A stretch of 64,000 bases of DNA from assembly GCA_964016885.1 (NCBI GenBank), contig CAXHJY010000462.1, forward strand, positions 124,001 through 188,000, given 5' to 3'. Each line of letters starts with the position of its first letter. Within the stretch, counting starts at the first letter, position 1. The position numbers and the translations under genes are program-made. Below the pieces are notes generated by a model. It ran no database searches and was not told the DNA's origin. It saw only the letters and a list, made by a program, of their open reading frames with translations. The stretch comes from Eledone cirrhosa (lineage: Eukaryota). Positions 26,619 through 41,599 of the stretch are shown here, in pieces.

Positions 26619-27261
26619 CGCCGGACGGGTCTGAAACCCACCGGTGAGTTAGATAGGGGATGCCTAACCCTATATGCGAAGACTGGACCCTGCGGAGTGA
26701 GTGGAGGAGGACAACATCGTCCCAACGGTCACGAAGGCGGCGACGGCAAGCAGTGTGAAGCGCTAGGGCACGGCAAGGCACTACAGACGTCGTGGCCATC
26801 CACTGCAGCCAAGGAATTCCCTGGTCGTGACGGTCCTCCGTACCAGCCGATTTTGAATTCTGCGGCCAAGTGATGGGGCCGTCACTGTGCACTGGCCTTC
26901 CCACTATAAACCTTTCCCGAACAGGTTTCCTCTTCACCGTGCACTACCAAAGCCCTCCGGCGAGAGGCGGAGGTGACAAGTGGATGTAACCTCTGGGAGT
27001 TGCCAGTCTCAAACCCACACGTGGACGGCCTGGATGCGCAAGTCGTTCTCCTCCTGACCCTGGGATGACAGAGGAGATCAGGCATTCCACCGAGCCACTG
27101 AGCAGGCCTTTTCAGGGGAGCACTACTCACCCTCGCACGAGAGGAGGGGCGATAAAAGGAGCCCTAACCAAATACTCGTCCCACACGAAGCCGGCCAGTC
27201 AACCGCGGCGTGCGGTTTTACCCTTGCAAGGGGTCGAAACCAACATAATAGAAAGAAGAAC

Positions 27262-29895
27262 TTGATTCTTGTCGCATGGAATGTGTGCTCCCTCACGGAT
27301 AGGGAACCCTCCTTGAGGCCAGAGAGAAGAACTGCCCTCATAGCAAGTGAATTAGCTCTCTACTGGACAGACATAGCCGCCCTCAGCGAGACTAGACTTG
27401 CAGAAGAAGGATCAGTAGCAGAACCGAAAGGAGGCTACACCTTCTTCTGGAAGGGCAATGCAAAGGACGAGGATAGATTCCACGGGTTAGGCCTGGCCAT
27501 CAGGCCTTCACTCTGCAAGCAGCTACCAGACCCCCCAACGCCTGTGAGTGAGCGGCTGTTGAAGCTCCGCTTCCCCCTCGGCCCATCTCAGCATGTCACA
27601 GTCATCACTCTCATCAGCAGCGATGAAGCAAAGTACACTTTCTACGGAGAACTCAACGCATTCTTGAAGGGCGTGCCACCAAGCGATAAAGTCATACTAC
27701 TGGGGACTTGAAGAGCCGTGTCTGACCGAGGCAGCTGGAGAGGCGTGATGGACCCTCACGGCACAGGGAAGCTGAACTCTAACGGCCTCATACTGTTGAG
27801 TTTCTGCGCCGAGAACGACCTCACCATCACCAGCACACTGTTCCGCCAGGCAGACAAGTTCAAGACGACATGGATGCACCCCCGATCCAAACAGTGGCAT
27901 TTGATTGACTTCGCCATATGCCGCAGGAGGGACATCTGTGACGTTAGAATCACCAGGGCCATGCATGGTGCAGAGTGTTGGACCGACCATCGCCTTGTCA
28001 GGACCATCCTGTCACCGCACATCACCCCGACGCATCGCAAGACTCCGAAAGTCTGTAGGCCAGCTTTCGTTGTCGCACGACTCAGGCAGCCAGAGCATCG
28101 TGTAGCGTTCGCGGAAGACCTGGAGGGCCGGCTGACTGCCCATGTAAGCCTGACCGGACCCCCAAATCAACAGTGGGACCAGTTCAGGTGACTGATGATA
28201 GAGTCAGCCAAGGCAACCTTCGGGACGAGGAAGAGAGTCCACCAGGACTGGTTTGATGAAAACGTTGAGCGCATCAGACAACTCCTGGACGAGAAGAGGA
28301 AGGCTTTCATTGAGTGGCAGAATGACGGCTCCTCCACCTCGAAGCGCGACCGCTTCAAGCACCTCCAGAGGCAGACCCAAGCAGCGCTACGCACAGAATG
28401 CAGGACAAGTGGTGGGAAAAGAAGGCCGAAGAAGTCGAGAGATACGCTGACACAAAGAACTCCAAGATGTTCTTCAGCGCCATCGAGGACGTCTACGGAC
28501 CATCCAAGCCTATCACCACACCGCTGCTGTCTGCTGACGGCTCGATCCTGCTGATCAACTCGAGGTGGAGAGAGCACTCAGCAACCTTCTCAACAGGCCC
28601 TCCACTGTCGACCCTGCCGCCATCGACCAGGTCCCACAGAAGCCCGTAGTCGGCAGCGTCGACCCCCCCCCCCCCCCACGTTGGATGAAGTCACGAAGGC
28701 AATCAACCAGACCAGCTCAGGAAATGCCCCTGGGAAGAACAGGATTCCTGCCGAGATCTTCAAGTCGGCCGGTCCAGCTGCCCTGGGGGCATTCCACACC
28801 CTCCTCGTCAGCATATGTTCTTCACCTGCGTGCTCAATCATGCCGTCTGGGATCTCGAGCACGGAGTGTATCTGCGATACTGACTAGACGGACCCTGTTT
28901 GACCTGCGGCGGCTGGCGACCAAGACAAAGACCGTGCAGAGGATCGTCCTGGAGGCACTTTTTGCTGACGAATCTGCCCTCATGGCCCACAGGAAATCTG
29001 CCCTCCAACTCATCGTCAACAAGTTCGCGGAGGCCTCCTGCCTCTTCGGTCTCACAATAAGCCTTGGCAAGACTGAGGTCCTGTTCCAGCCTGCACCTGC
29101 CTCCATCGCCCACCCTCCTTCCATCTCCATCGGAGGCACCCAGCTAAAGACCGTGGACGACTTAAAGTACCTCGGCAGTGTCATCAGCAGCGATGGAAGC
29201 CTCGACAAGGAGATAAACGCCAGAATCTGCAAGGCCAGTCAAGCCCTCGGCCGCCTGAGAACACGCGTCCAGAACCAGTACAACATCAGGCAGTCCACCA
29301 ACCTCAAGGTGTACAAAGCCGTTGTTCTCACCAGCCTCCTCTACGGATGTGAGACATGGACCCTGTACAGAAGGCATCTGAAGCAGCTGGAACGGTTCCA
29401 TATGCGCAGCCTGAGGTCAATCATGAACATCAAATGGCAGGACAAGGTCTCCAACATCAAAGTTCTTGACATGGCTGAGACAACCAGTGTCGAAGCTATG
29501 ATACTGAAGAGCCTGCTTCGATGGATGGGACATGTCATCCGGATGGACGATCACAGGCTTCCGAAGCAACTCTGTTCGGGGAAACGAAAGCGGGGCAGAC
29601 CTCTCAAGAGGTTCAAAGACTGCGTGAAGTCCAGCATCAACAACACTGGAATCACGCCAAAACAACTCGAGTCTCATGCTCAGGACAGGACTGAGTGGTG
29701 AGCCCTTACCAGACACGCCAAATACTCTTTTGAAGAGAAGAGAGTGGCAGATGTCACTGAGGCCCGTGAAAGGAGGAGAAAGGCATCAACAGCTGCCCAA
29801 GCGACTCCAGTCTCCTCCCCTGCCCCCACTGTCCCCGGACCTGCAAATCAAGGATCGGCCTCCACAGCCACCTTCGTGCCCACGGCAGATGGGAA
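27262..29895 (+). pseudogene. RTE endonuclease-reverse transcriptase ORF with frameshifts, stops and a deletion at ~28815
   Basis: ORF-track pieces 27262, 27718, 28195, 28398 and 28565 are colinear fragments of one APE-RT protein. Confidence 0.9.
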
Positions 29896-29979
29896 TTAAA
29901 GTAAAGATGTCTTCATCGTTTACGATGGACAACCAAGAAGTACACACACTCGCACACACACACAGACACATATATGTAC

Positions 29980-30538
<559 letters not shown>

Positions 30539-30574
30539 ATATATATATATAAATATGTATGTACGTATACATAC

Positions 30575-31122
30575 ATAAATTATAATAAATGTTCGGTAAA
30601 CCCATACGTACGTATATATATATATATGTGTGTGCATGTATGTATATATATATATATATACATACTACTGTACGTCTGTATACATATATATATGTACGTA
30701 TACATACTTATATTTAAGTATCAGCCGTACTAAGTGTGAGAAATGAAATTTCATTTTTTGCATTTATCGTTTTCGGGACGCCCGGCCGACTAACTCACTC
30801 GGTATGCAAATTAGGCTGCTCAGCCGTTAATATGCATAAGGAAAGTATATACTTTCAAACGTTCAATCGACTGACAGGAAGGTATACGGTGCGGATGACA
30901 CCTAATAAGCTAGAAACTAGTTCATCGTTCCTTTGTCAGTGTTGAACGACAGGGCAACGATGGTTGCCGAACACTGTACGGCTTAAATCGGGCTGTTTGT
31001 TTACAAACAAACCGAACATTATAATAAATGTCCGGTAAACCCATACGTACATATATATATGTGTGCATGTATGTATGAATATACATACAACTGTACGTCT
31101 ATATACATATATGTATGTACGT

Positions 31123-31130
<8 letters not shown>
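30575..31130 (+). mobile_element. Family F4 partial tandem (period ~440 bp) with a mutated hammerhead at 30886-30930
   Basis: TTATAATAAATGT(T/C)CGGTAAACCCATACGTAC at ~30580 and ~31019; core CGGATGA..GAAACTAGTT. Confidence 0.75.
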
Positions 31131-31209
<79 letters not shown>

Positions 31210-31331
31210 TGTATGTATGTATATATATATATATATATATATGTTGGTATATATATACATATATATCTATATGTATGTATGTATATATATATATACATAT
31301 ATATATATATTTATATATATACATGTATATA

Positions 31332-31383
<52 letters not shown>

Positions 31384-31412
31384 TACATATATATATACAT
31401 GTATATATATAA

Positions 31413-31447
<35 letters not shown>

Positions 31448-31463
31448 TACATACATATAGATA

Positions 31464-31519
<56 letters not shown>

Positions 31520-31525
<6 letters not shown>

Positions 31526-31970
31526 ATTAAATAAATGGAAACTATATTTATAAAACCATATTTATTTCATTATATATATTTCAGGGATATCATATTAACA
31601 ATATGCTATGCCTTCCTCAGACAAAATACAATATAAACAGTTTTATAGATAAATAGATTCGACATACCGTAACAACATCGACTTGTATTTGAAAAGTTGA
31701 ATTGGCAGTCTTTTCAAATACAAGTCGATGTTGTTACGGTATGTCGAATCTATTTATCTATAAAACTGTTTATATTGTATTTTGTCTGAGGAAGGCATAG
31801 CATATTGTTAATATGATATCCCTGAAATATATATAATGAAATAAATATGGTTTTATAAATATAGTTTCCATTTATTTAATATTGTAAATATACTCCAAAT
31901 ACTTGTCGAGTGCTTTTATATCAGTTATAAATATTTACTAGTTGTAACCCAACAATTTAAATATAACTTT

Positions 31971-31972
<2 letters not shown>
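31520..31972. mobile_element. Family F1 fold-back: 177-bp apparently perfect arms, 13-nt loop, two opposed hammerheads, 86-bp extension
   Basis: Arms 31520-31696 / 31710-31886; CTGAGGA (31786-92)..GAAA (31824-27) TATATATA and its mirror at 31614-20 / 31579-82. Confidence 0.92.
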
Positions 31973-32053
<81 letters not shown>

Positions 32054-32227
32054 CATACATATATGTGCGTGTGCGCACATAAAGACACACACACATATAT
32101 GTGTGTGTGTGTATGTATGCATGTATTTATGTAATTGAATATACTTCAAGACACAAAAAAACAAAAACAAAGAGATACAATTACAAAAACATTAGTTTAA
32201 TGGTTGTCGGCAAAGGAAAATGAATGT

Positions 32228-32265
32228 ATCAACGTATCGGATGTTAGTCTTTCATCAGGAAAAAG
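32228..32265 (-). ncRNA. Decayed minimal hammerhead, related to 41600-41640
   Basis: CTGATGA-AAGACTAACATCC-GATA-CGTTG (GAAA changed to GATA). Confidence 0.45.
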
Positions 32266-33787
32266 TAAGTTGGTAGTTTTGAGGAAAAAATGGTTTATGA
32301 GAATCGGTGAAGTAAGCGTCAATTAGACTCGCCAGTGAGGTGGGTGCCGAAATATTTTGGTGTGTGCGGGAAATGCAATTGCTGAGTGTTTGTCCTGCTC
32401 TCTTTATGTTTTGTTTGCTTGTGTGATTGTCTGTTAAAAGAGTGTGCCTGGTTCGTTCTATGTGCGGGTATTTGTGCATTACCAATATGTGTGTTTGCTG
32501 GTGATTTTCGTGTGTATTTATACATGTCTCTATTCTGTTGGGTATATGTTTTTCTGTGTGTATGTGTGTGTGTGAGTTTTGTGTTTAAGTTGAATTTCCT
32601 GGGCACGAATTGTCAGTCGTTTCCTTATTATCCACGTCAACTAATTACCATTTACATTGTAACTCATCCTATTAGAAATATTTACGAAATCTCTGTTATT
32701 GTAATCAGTATTGTCATGAAATGGAATGGACCGCCGTCGGTTTCGCCGTAGATTACCTAGTTTGGACAACGACGTAGCCTGCTCGAGAAATTAACATGCC
32801 TGCGATTGACGCTTTTACTGGCATGTTATAAAAAAAAAGTAGAAAAGGCGACTGTCAGATCGAATTAAAAAAAAACAATGATTACACTTATCTTTCCAAT
32901 ATTAATATTATCTGCCTTACGGAATCATAATTGACTTACTGGTCACAGCACTTGCAATCAGATTGTACACAGGAGAAACAGATACCGCCAGACATTGGAA
33001 CCTATCCGAGGCTTTCACAAATCGAACATCTGCTCCGGGGTCGGGACTTGATTTATCAAGCCTGAATTTATGTAAGGCAAAGTTGACCTCAGTAGGATTT
33101 GAGCTCAGAACGCGTAGATTCGTCGGAAAGTATTTAGTCTTAGGCGCTAACGACTCTGCTATTCCGCTGCCAGATACTGCTTACCTTCTATATCAGAACA
33201 TTCCTGACATCACAGTCTGCCTCTCCAACAACTCTGATAATTCACCGTTTATATCTATAGATAATGCGTAGCTAGTATATAAGGTCTATGATACGAGAGT
33301 AATTATGAACATTTTAAATATACGCTACTATGCGTTATAGTTGCTGTAGCTATCAAATTCTATGGCAGATTGTCCATACACGCTAGTGAACAAGGCTATG
33401 GCCATGCCAGTTCGTTATATATATGAGGTTAATGTGAACGATAAGTGTGTCTTTATACAGCTTACGCTATTGATTCTGTTCTGTCAGCATTTAATTTAAT
33501 TCTATTCCATTATTTTTGGTTAAACAATGATTTCGTTTCATAATTTCATAGACTCTTGGGAAATTTTCAACCGCATTCACTTCTGAGTACTCATAATCAG
33601 ACACTGGGAAAAAATGAAAATAGAAGAGACAGAGAAAAGAGATGGAAGACAATTACAAATATATACATATACACGTACATGTTGATACATGTACATACAC
33701 ACAGACATATATATACATACTTTTGCATACATATAAATATAAGCACAGCACACACGGATAGGGGCACGTGATATTCATTTGTATATA

Positions 33788-33827
<40 letters not shown>

Positions 33828-33999
33828 AAAAGCACATAGGCAAACACACACATAGACAGTCACACACACACACAAGCACACACACACATACACATAGACG
33901 CACATACACACACACACAAAGGAAACACATCGATACACCGTTGCTCATCAGAAAACCATTGAAGATTACTACGAAAGCTTTTCTTCGAAGTTATCATCG

Positions 34000-34937
34000 T
34001 AAGTTCCAGCTCACATGTATCTGCAAGACAACAAGCTGACTGGAATTTGCAGAAGACACAATATAACTTACTCCGTCGGAATGAGATATCTGATGCTCTC
34101 TTCATAGGTTTGCTGCTGTGTGCTGCTGGGCCTGAAGGAAAATATGTGCTTCGAAGACTGAGACAGTTGTCCTCAAATTAAAGCCTGTGCAGTTTACTCT
34201 ACATGTGTAGAGATCTCCACGGAATCAGGTAGAAATTTTGAAATATCTCAGTCCGTTTTCATAATTGATTGAAGGCAGGAGGCTGAATTAAAAGCAAGAA
34301 TTAATGAATATGGTGCTGTAATACGATAGCTTCAGTAATCGGTTATCAGAAGAATGGAGGTAGGTGTAATATCCAAACATATTATCGTCAATTCGGAGTG
34401 TGGACCTTTCCTTACATATTGTCACGAATCTAGTATAATGACCGAAAGAATACGATCGCTGATATAAGAAACTGAAATAGTGTTCCTTCGAAGGTTCTTT
34501 GGAGTAACGTAACTCGCTATTCTGTGTAACTCAAAGATCAGAGACACTCTAGTTAGAGCCGCTATATACTCGACTTGAGAGATCGCAGTTCCAATACAAC
34601 GGAACTATTTAAGAAAAGGAACGCCGGAAAGATTTCACTGGGAAAGCCAATTGGCAGGAGAGCCAAATATAGATTTTGATCAAGATGATCGGATAACATC
34701 ATGATGCTCGGTTGGTTTCGCCTGGGGATTCGGCTGAGTCAATTAGAAGCAGTTGTTTCTGATAGGACCCATAGAAAGGCCTATCAGAGTGGTCTGTCCC
34801 CACGACGCTTCCAGGAATAAGTGTGAGAAGAAGAAGAAGAAGAAGAAGAAGAAGAAGAAGAAGAAGAAGAAGAAGAAGAAGAAGAAGAACAAGAAGAAGA
34901 AGAAGAAGAAGAAGAAGAAGAAGAAGAAGAAGAAGAA
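34000..34937 (+). mobile_element. Old RTE family B fragment ending in a ~110-bp (GAA)n tail
   Basis: RFAAVCAAG..KTE, ATGACCGAAAGAATACGATCG, GAGAGATCGCAG; tail 34826-34937. Confidence 0.75.
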
Positions 34938-36016
34938 ATAAAGAGGGGCGGAGCAAGAAGAAAAAAAATAAGTGACAGGAAGTTCAACTTTGCTTTTCAT
35001 CTATTTCCGTGGGGCACAGCACCCCTGCCCCCTTGCTCTAGGTCCTAAGCCCTAACTCCTATTCTACGACACAATAGCTATGCCCTAATTAAGATAATCA
35101 AGAATGTAATGCTAAATGCGTTGATACCACACAAAGATATTAAAATTAATTTTTAATGAATATAATAAATGAAACATGCTTTTCACATAAGTAAAGTATC
35201 TACCCCAATAGTGGGATCAATTCTTCTTCTATGGCGTTTTTTTCAATTCCTCTCTGTCACACCCTCTCACTCCTTCGGGGGAATTTAGCTGTGCCAAGCC
35301 TTGGGGATGTGATTGATTCTATCAGTTTTAACTACGCAAGCCTCACCCTAAATCACTGTGACGTCATTAATATTCCACCAGGAGAGAAGGCCCATATGCG
35401 TACAATTTTCATAATGCCCAGGTGTCATTGGCTTTTTTCAGTTATATTCGACATCAAATTATGCCTGTATATATATATATTTTTTTTTTCGTCTGCAAAG
35501 GGTATTTTAATCAAATAATTAGTTAACTGCACATGAGTAAATATAGACATGAAACTAGTGATTCGCTTATATTTGTACACAACCGGCCTACATTATATCG
35601 TCATTTCATGTTAGTATAGAGCGTGATGTCCATTAGGAAATGTCTTAAGGGAGATTTGTCTGACATTTTGAACAGATTGAGAAAATCTTCTAGCATTCAG
35701 CTAGGATTGCTGAACAAACAAAAAATTGGCATAAGAAAGAAATAACGTAATGAATGGAAAGTTTTCAAATACAAGCCGGTGATATATGATATGTAGACTA
35801 TTACCTGGTCATTGTATACGCAAATAACTCATCAATATTAGGATTCATTGAACCGTAATATTTGCATAATACTAAGAAATTGTATATATATATGGAGGTT
35901 AATTAATATTTGTCTGTGATTTATGGCATTTTGTACCGGGAAGTTATTAAACAATCTCAAATATTTGTGGTGTTTTTTGATTCGTTGGTTTTGTTGTTGC
36001 CGTTGAATAAAAACAG

Positions 36017-36133
36017 GTGGATGTGTTCTCTTGGTCTCAGCAGACAGAATTACAAACACGTTACACTAGAAGATATAATGGAAATGTACAAATACAGTCA
36101 GTCCAACACGACGGTAGTGCATTCTTGTTCATG
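36017..36133 (+). CDS. Candidate 117-bp internal exon of an unidentified host gene
   Basis: AACAG| acceptor, |GTAAAC donor, unique sequence; phase-2 reading WMCSLGLSRQNYKHVTLEDIMEMYKYSQSNTTVVHSCS. Confidence 0.3.
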
Positions 36134-36186
36134 GTAAACACTTCTTTTATTAATTCCTGTTGTATATATATATATACACACACACA

Positions 36187-36350
<164 letters not shown>

Positions 36351-37189
36351 TAATTGTTTGATGTGTTTATTTTATATATATATATATCATTCAACTTTTT
36401 AATTTAATATAAATGCTCGGATTTACTGCTTGGAATCTTTGAGATTATTGCGCAGGTGGTATGGCGTATGCTTCTGAAATTCTCAGACATGACATCTTGG
36501 ATGGTAGTTTATGCGTTTATTGTCAACGCTCTTTCGTCACACATTCTCTGACCTCCTCAGAGATTAATTTGTTATTTTGTGTCTCTCAATTGTTCTGCCC
36601 TACACCATCTTGTTTTTGTGCGCTGCGTGGTGTCTACTTGGGATGCGCATGCGTTATATATATATGTGACATGTGTGTGTGTGGGGGAAGGGTATTTATT
36701 TATATGTTTGTATACTTGCCACTAGTTGGTCGCTTGTTCTATATGTGCGTTTCTGGACTGTTTCATTAGTTTGATTCTTATGTTTGTTTCTTAGTTTGGT
36801 TCTTTCTTTGGTTCTCATGTTTGGTTCTCATGTTTGAATCTTGTTCTTAATTATTAATTGTGATGTTGCTATTTCACTCATGTTTTCTGTATATTATTGG
36901 TTGGAGTTCATTTATGTTTGTCGCTTCTGAAATCTGTAGGAGCATTGCATCTTATGAATATAATCTTTATCTCTTTATTCTCAAGTGTGCCCCCATGTTC
37001 CATTTTGGCATGTTCGTGAACTACCGATCAGTTCTTCCAATCTTGGTGTTCTCGCTAGTGTTCATTTACCCTTACTCCCTATGTTTCATTATGTAACTTA
37101 TGTTCCTATCCCTACACTGTCCCTCTGTCCATCTTAATTCTATATACTAGGTTCCTAGTTTTGCAATTAATCTGTAGGCTAAATGGCTG

Positions 37190-37913
37190 TATGCAATAAA
37201 TGTAATCAGAGATTGTCGAATATTAATAATTGTTTCTACATTTGGCACATTAATAATAATATACGATTCGTTTGCAATTATGCAAACAGCTTCATTAAAG
37301 CCATGTCAGTAGAATGACCCCCACATTCTTGCTCTTGTGTTGGCGTGTAAACAGAACTGCAGACACAAATGTTTCTGACATGGCTTTAAAGGGGCACTTT
37401 GCCTAATTGCAAACGAATACATTATTATTATTGATATTCTATTAATATTCGATTTATTGCACTCAGCCATGTAGAGCAATAAACTATTTGTTAGTTATTT
37501 GAATATGGCCAAGCCGCTAATTAATAACTCGTATAGATGAAACTGACCGGCATATCTGCGGATATTCAAATGTGGCTGACCAGTGGATCTGACTGATCGG
37601 GCAGTCTGCTAATATGCAAATCAGGCCGATCAGTCACTGTATATTTTAGAAATTATCATATATTTTCACTAGATTTGACAGTTGGAGGTATATCAGTATA
37701 ATGTACTGATGAAGGGTAATCACCCAGATACATTAGTGTCTGCAGTTCTGTTTAGATGCCAACACAGGAGCAAGAATGACGTGGGTCATTCTACTGACAT
37801 TGTTTAAAGAGGCTGTTTGCATAATTGCAAACAAATCGAATATTATTGTTAATATTCGAAAAACTCAGATTACATTTATCGTATTCATCCAAGTAGAGCG
37901 ATTAACTATTTGT

Positions 37914-37915
<2 letters not shown>
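37190..37915. mobile_element. Family F5: one inverted and two direct copies of a 3' segment, hammerhead motif at 37700-37747
   Basis: 37255-37380 is the reverse complement of 37725-37850; CTGATGA-AGGGT-AATC-ACCC-A-GATA-CATTAGTG-TC; the inverted copy retains GAAAC. Confidence 0.75.
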
Positions 37916-37948
<33 letters not shown>

Positions 37949-38022
37949 ATAACAAATATACCGAATGAGCATAGAGTGCTCAACCGGTATACCGCCTATG
38001 GACGCATCTTAACAAACTTACC

Positions 38023-38097
<75 letters not shown>

Positions 38098-38674
38098 CTT
38101 AACTCGTAATTTTGTTGATTACTCCATTATTTTGTTCGTATATGGTTGCCGCCCTGCTGTATCTAAAGAGTTTACTCTGAATCAGGAAAATATTCTTAAT
38201 ATCATTAAGCGCATAATGAGTGATCGTAACCAAATCATTTGTAGTGCTCCATATCATCTGAATTCGAGAAAAATGTTCGTACACATACACACATTCGCAT
38301 ATATAGATACACATATTTGGGCAATATTTTCTACGCGTGTGCGTGCGCATGTATGTATGTATTTCGACATTTGCAACCGTTTCTTTACATAATGCATATC
38401 TAAGGAACGTGCTATGATAGCAATCTTTTCTACTAAGTGTTGTGTTTGACCTACAATTTAAGCATGCATTTCAATGGTGGCCAATCTGCAACTATGCATA
38501 TTTAATATCAGTGTGTACGATTTCAAATGCAAGATTCTGCTGCTCACAGTAATATGTAATCATATAGAAATCGATAGTTCAATAGGTCAGCGACATAGAT
38601 GCAATAAGAGAGAAAACTGACCACAATACACTAAGACGAATACGCAGCGATATATATATATATATATATATGAA

Positions 38675-38803
38675 AAGAAGAAGAAGAAGAAGAAGAAGAA
38701 GAAGAAGAAGAAGAAGAAGAAGAAGAAGAAGAAGAAGAAGAAGAAGAAGAAGAAGAAGAAGAAGAAGAAGAAGAAGAAGAAGAAGAAGAAGAAGAAGAAG
38801 AAG
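38675..38803. repeat. (AAG)n microsatellite, ~43 units
   Basis: Read directly. Confidence 0.98.
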
Positions 38804-39550
38804 GATGATGAGATGATGATGATAGGGAGGAGGAGGAGGAGGGGTGGGGGAGACATTGAGAGGGCCTAATTTAAGAAAGAAGGTTCAGTAATAAAAGAAA
38901 TTATGAAAATCTGTTGAGAGAGAAAAATGCTAATGTATTTGTATAATTAATTCTTTAAATATATGTGACAACCTTATTCGCATTATACTACAAGTCTTCT
39001 ATCATATCTCACCGGATTTCTCTGTATATTTTATTATATTACTTTTGCACTCTCCATTTCAGATTCTCTTTTACACGCGCTCTCTTTCTCTCTCCCTTTC
39101 TCTCTGTTTCTCTTTCTCTCTCTCTCTCCGTTCTCTCTTCCTCTTCTCTCTCCCATTCTCTCACTCTATATCTATCTCTCTCCCCCTCTTTCTCTCGATC
39201 TCTTTCTTGTTTTACTTCCTATTATGGGAGAGAATGTTTCTACAAGTAAATATATATATTTTGATGCATGTGTGTGTATGTATGTATATACTTCTGGCTT
39301 TGTAATTTTATAATTGTTTACCAATAGAGAGAAAGTCGGTTTCTGACATAGATACAAGACTCTCATTGTGATTTAAACATCAACTAGGTAGATATGTATT
39401 CATGTAAGCATGTGTGTATAGGTATTGATGTTAATGTATGTGTATAAGTGTATGTTTTCAGTTATATGTGTGCCTGCGCTTTGTATCTGTACATGTTATT
39501 AAATGCAGAATTTTTGGAATGTTTTACATATTTTTACAATTCCATAGTAA

Positions 39551-39607
<57 letters not shown>

Positions 39608-39612
<5 letters not shown>

Positions 39613-39707
39613 TCGTTCGGGAGAAATCATCAGGAAGCCGGCTTCCTAATGATTTCTCCCTAATGAAACAGTTCTAGTCTTGTAGAAGCCATTTCTATAT
39701 AATATAT

Positions 39708-39710
<3 letters not shown>
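39608..39710. ncRNA. Family F2 hairpin, second copy, with opposed hammerhead cores
   Basis: Loop-less centre GGAAGCCGGCTTCC; minus core CTGATGA..GAAAC (truncated); plus core CTAATGA..GAAACAGTTCTAGTC. Confidence 0.7.
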
Positions 39711-39787
<77 letters not shown>

Positions 39788-39854
39788 CGTGTGTGTAAGT
39801 GTGCGTTGGTGTGCGTGTGTATGTATATATATGTACGTATGTATGCATGTATGA

Positions 39855-39885
<31 letters not shown>

Positions 39886-40568
39886 GATATTTGTGTAGTA
39901 GATTCGATAGAGCGTCGGTCGCCGGTTGGAAAGCTTTACGGTATCCATTTTACATTTTAATTCCCATATTTCTGAAGCAAAGGTGTTAACTATTCAGCCA
40001 TCCCATGTCCACAAATCTGTGTATGAACAGCCGATGTACGGTGATCGATTAACTGCCTTACAATGATTAGTATAATTTCAGAATTGGTGTTCCATGTAAT
40101 CCCCTTCGGATTCAACTTATCAAATACTGGTTGTATATTACAATATTTTCTAACGATAATGTCACAAGAGCTCTCTCTAGTCAACCAACGAGAACATTTG
40201 TCTAATTATACTTAGAAGGATAATTCAAATATTAACATAATACCGTTAATGGTGTTAATTGAAAGGCTGCTAGAACAATTCATTCTGAAACTGTCGTTAA
40301 ATTTCTGATCGAGATGAATTTTTATATATACAGTACGGAAAATATAGAGTCCATAACACTTGATTTATCGTAAGGGCGACCTCCTCACGAATGGCAGTAC
40401 CCATTTCTCTACAGGTTGGGAGAGAAATAATTTCTTCCAGAAAGAAGAGAAAAGAGAGAGAAATGAGATAGTGGGAATGAAGCGGAATCACCTTAGTATT
40501 AGAGTTCTACTACTTTATTTATCGACCTCGAAATAATGAAATGCAAAGATGTACCTCGCTGAAATTTG

Positions 40569-40709
<141 letters not shown>

Positions 40710-40732
40710 TATATATACATACATATATATAT

Positions 40733-41233
40733 GGAAAAAATGAAATTTCATGTCTCACTCATAGTACGGCTGATACTTGAATATAAGTATTTATACGTAC
40801 ATTTGTGTATACAGACGTACAGTAGTATGTATATAGATACATACATGCACACATATATATATGTACGTATGGGTTTACCGAACATTTATTATAATGTTCG
40901 GTTTGTTTGTAAACAAACAGCCCTAATTAAGCTGATAGGAAGGTATATGGTGCTGATGACTGCTAATAAGCTAGAAACTAGTTCATCGTTCCTTTGTCAG
41001 TGATGACCAAAAGGGCAACGATGGTTGCAGAACACTGTACGGCTTAATTGGGGCTCTCTGTTTACAAACAAACCGAACGTTATAATAAATGTTCGGTAAA
41101 CCCATATGTACATATATATATATATATGTGCATGTATGTATCTATATACATACTACTGTACTATGTGTTCATGTATGTATGTATATACATACTACTGTAC
41201 GTCTGTATACATATATGTATGTACGTATACATA

Positions 41234-41237
<4 letters not shown>
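40733..41237. mobile_element. Family F4 fold-back: inverted arms around a spacer containing a hammerhead
   Basis: 40783-40932 is the reverse complement of 41042-41237; the extension 40733-40783 matches 30715-30770 inverted. Confidence 0.85.
40947..40990 (+). ncRNA. Minimal hammerhead ribozyme, family F4
   Basis: ATGGTG-CTGATGA-CTGCT-AATA-AGCTA-GAAA-CTAG-TT-CATCGT; palindromic stem III ACTAGT. Confidence 0.7.
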
Positions 41238-41319
<82 letters not shown>

Positions 41320-41348
41320 AATATATACATAAATATATACATATATAT

Positions 41349-41493
<145 letters not shown>

Positions 41494-41599
41494 CATATAT
41501 ATAATCATATATATATATGATGTCAACATGAATATACCTTTTATTTTTATCTAAAGACATTTTTTCCAATACCATACCGTCCATCTCTTATTTCTCATT

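Larger units (their letters stand above)
26431..29940 (+). mobile_element. Near full-length RTE (BovB-like) LINE, family C, with an internal RT deletion
   Basis: ~800-bp GC-rich 5'UTR; APE motifs AWNV..ERRTALIASEL..DIAALSETR, TTWMHPRSKQWHLID, CWTDH; RT LFADE, YLGS, LLYGCETW; terminal CPHCPRTCKSRIGLHSHLRAH. Confidence 0.95.

Noticed and set aside
40997-41038. Stem-loop with ATGA and AAAA as a possible SECIS
   Set aside because: The ATGA-to-AA spacing is 2 nt rather than ~11-12, and the copy at 30936 lacks ATGA.
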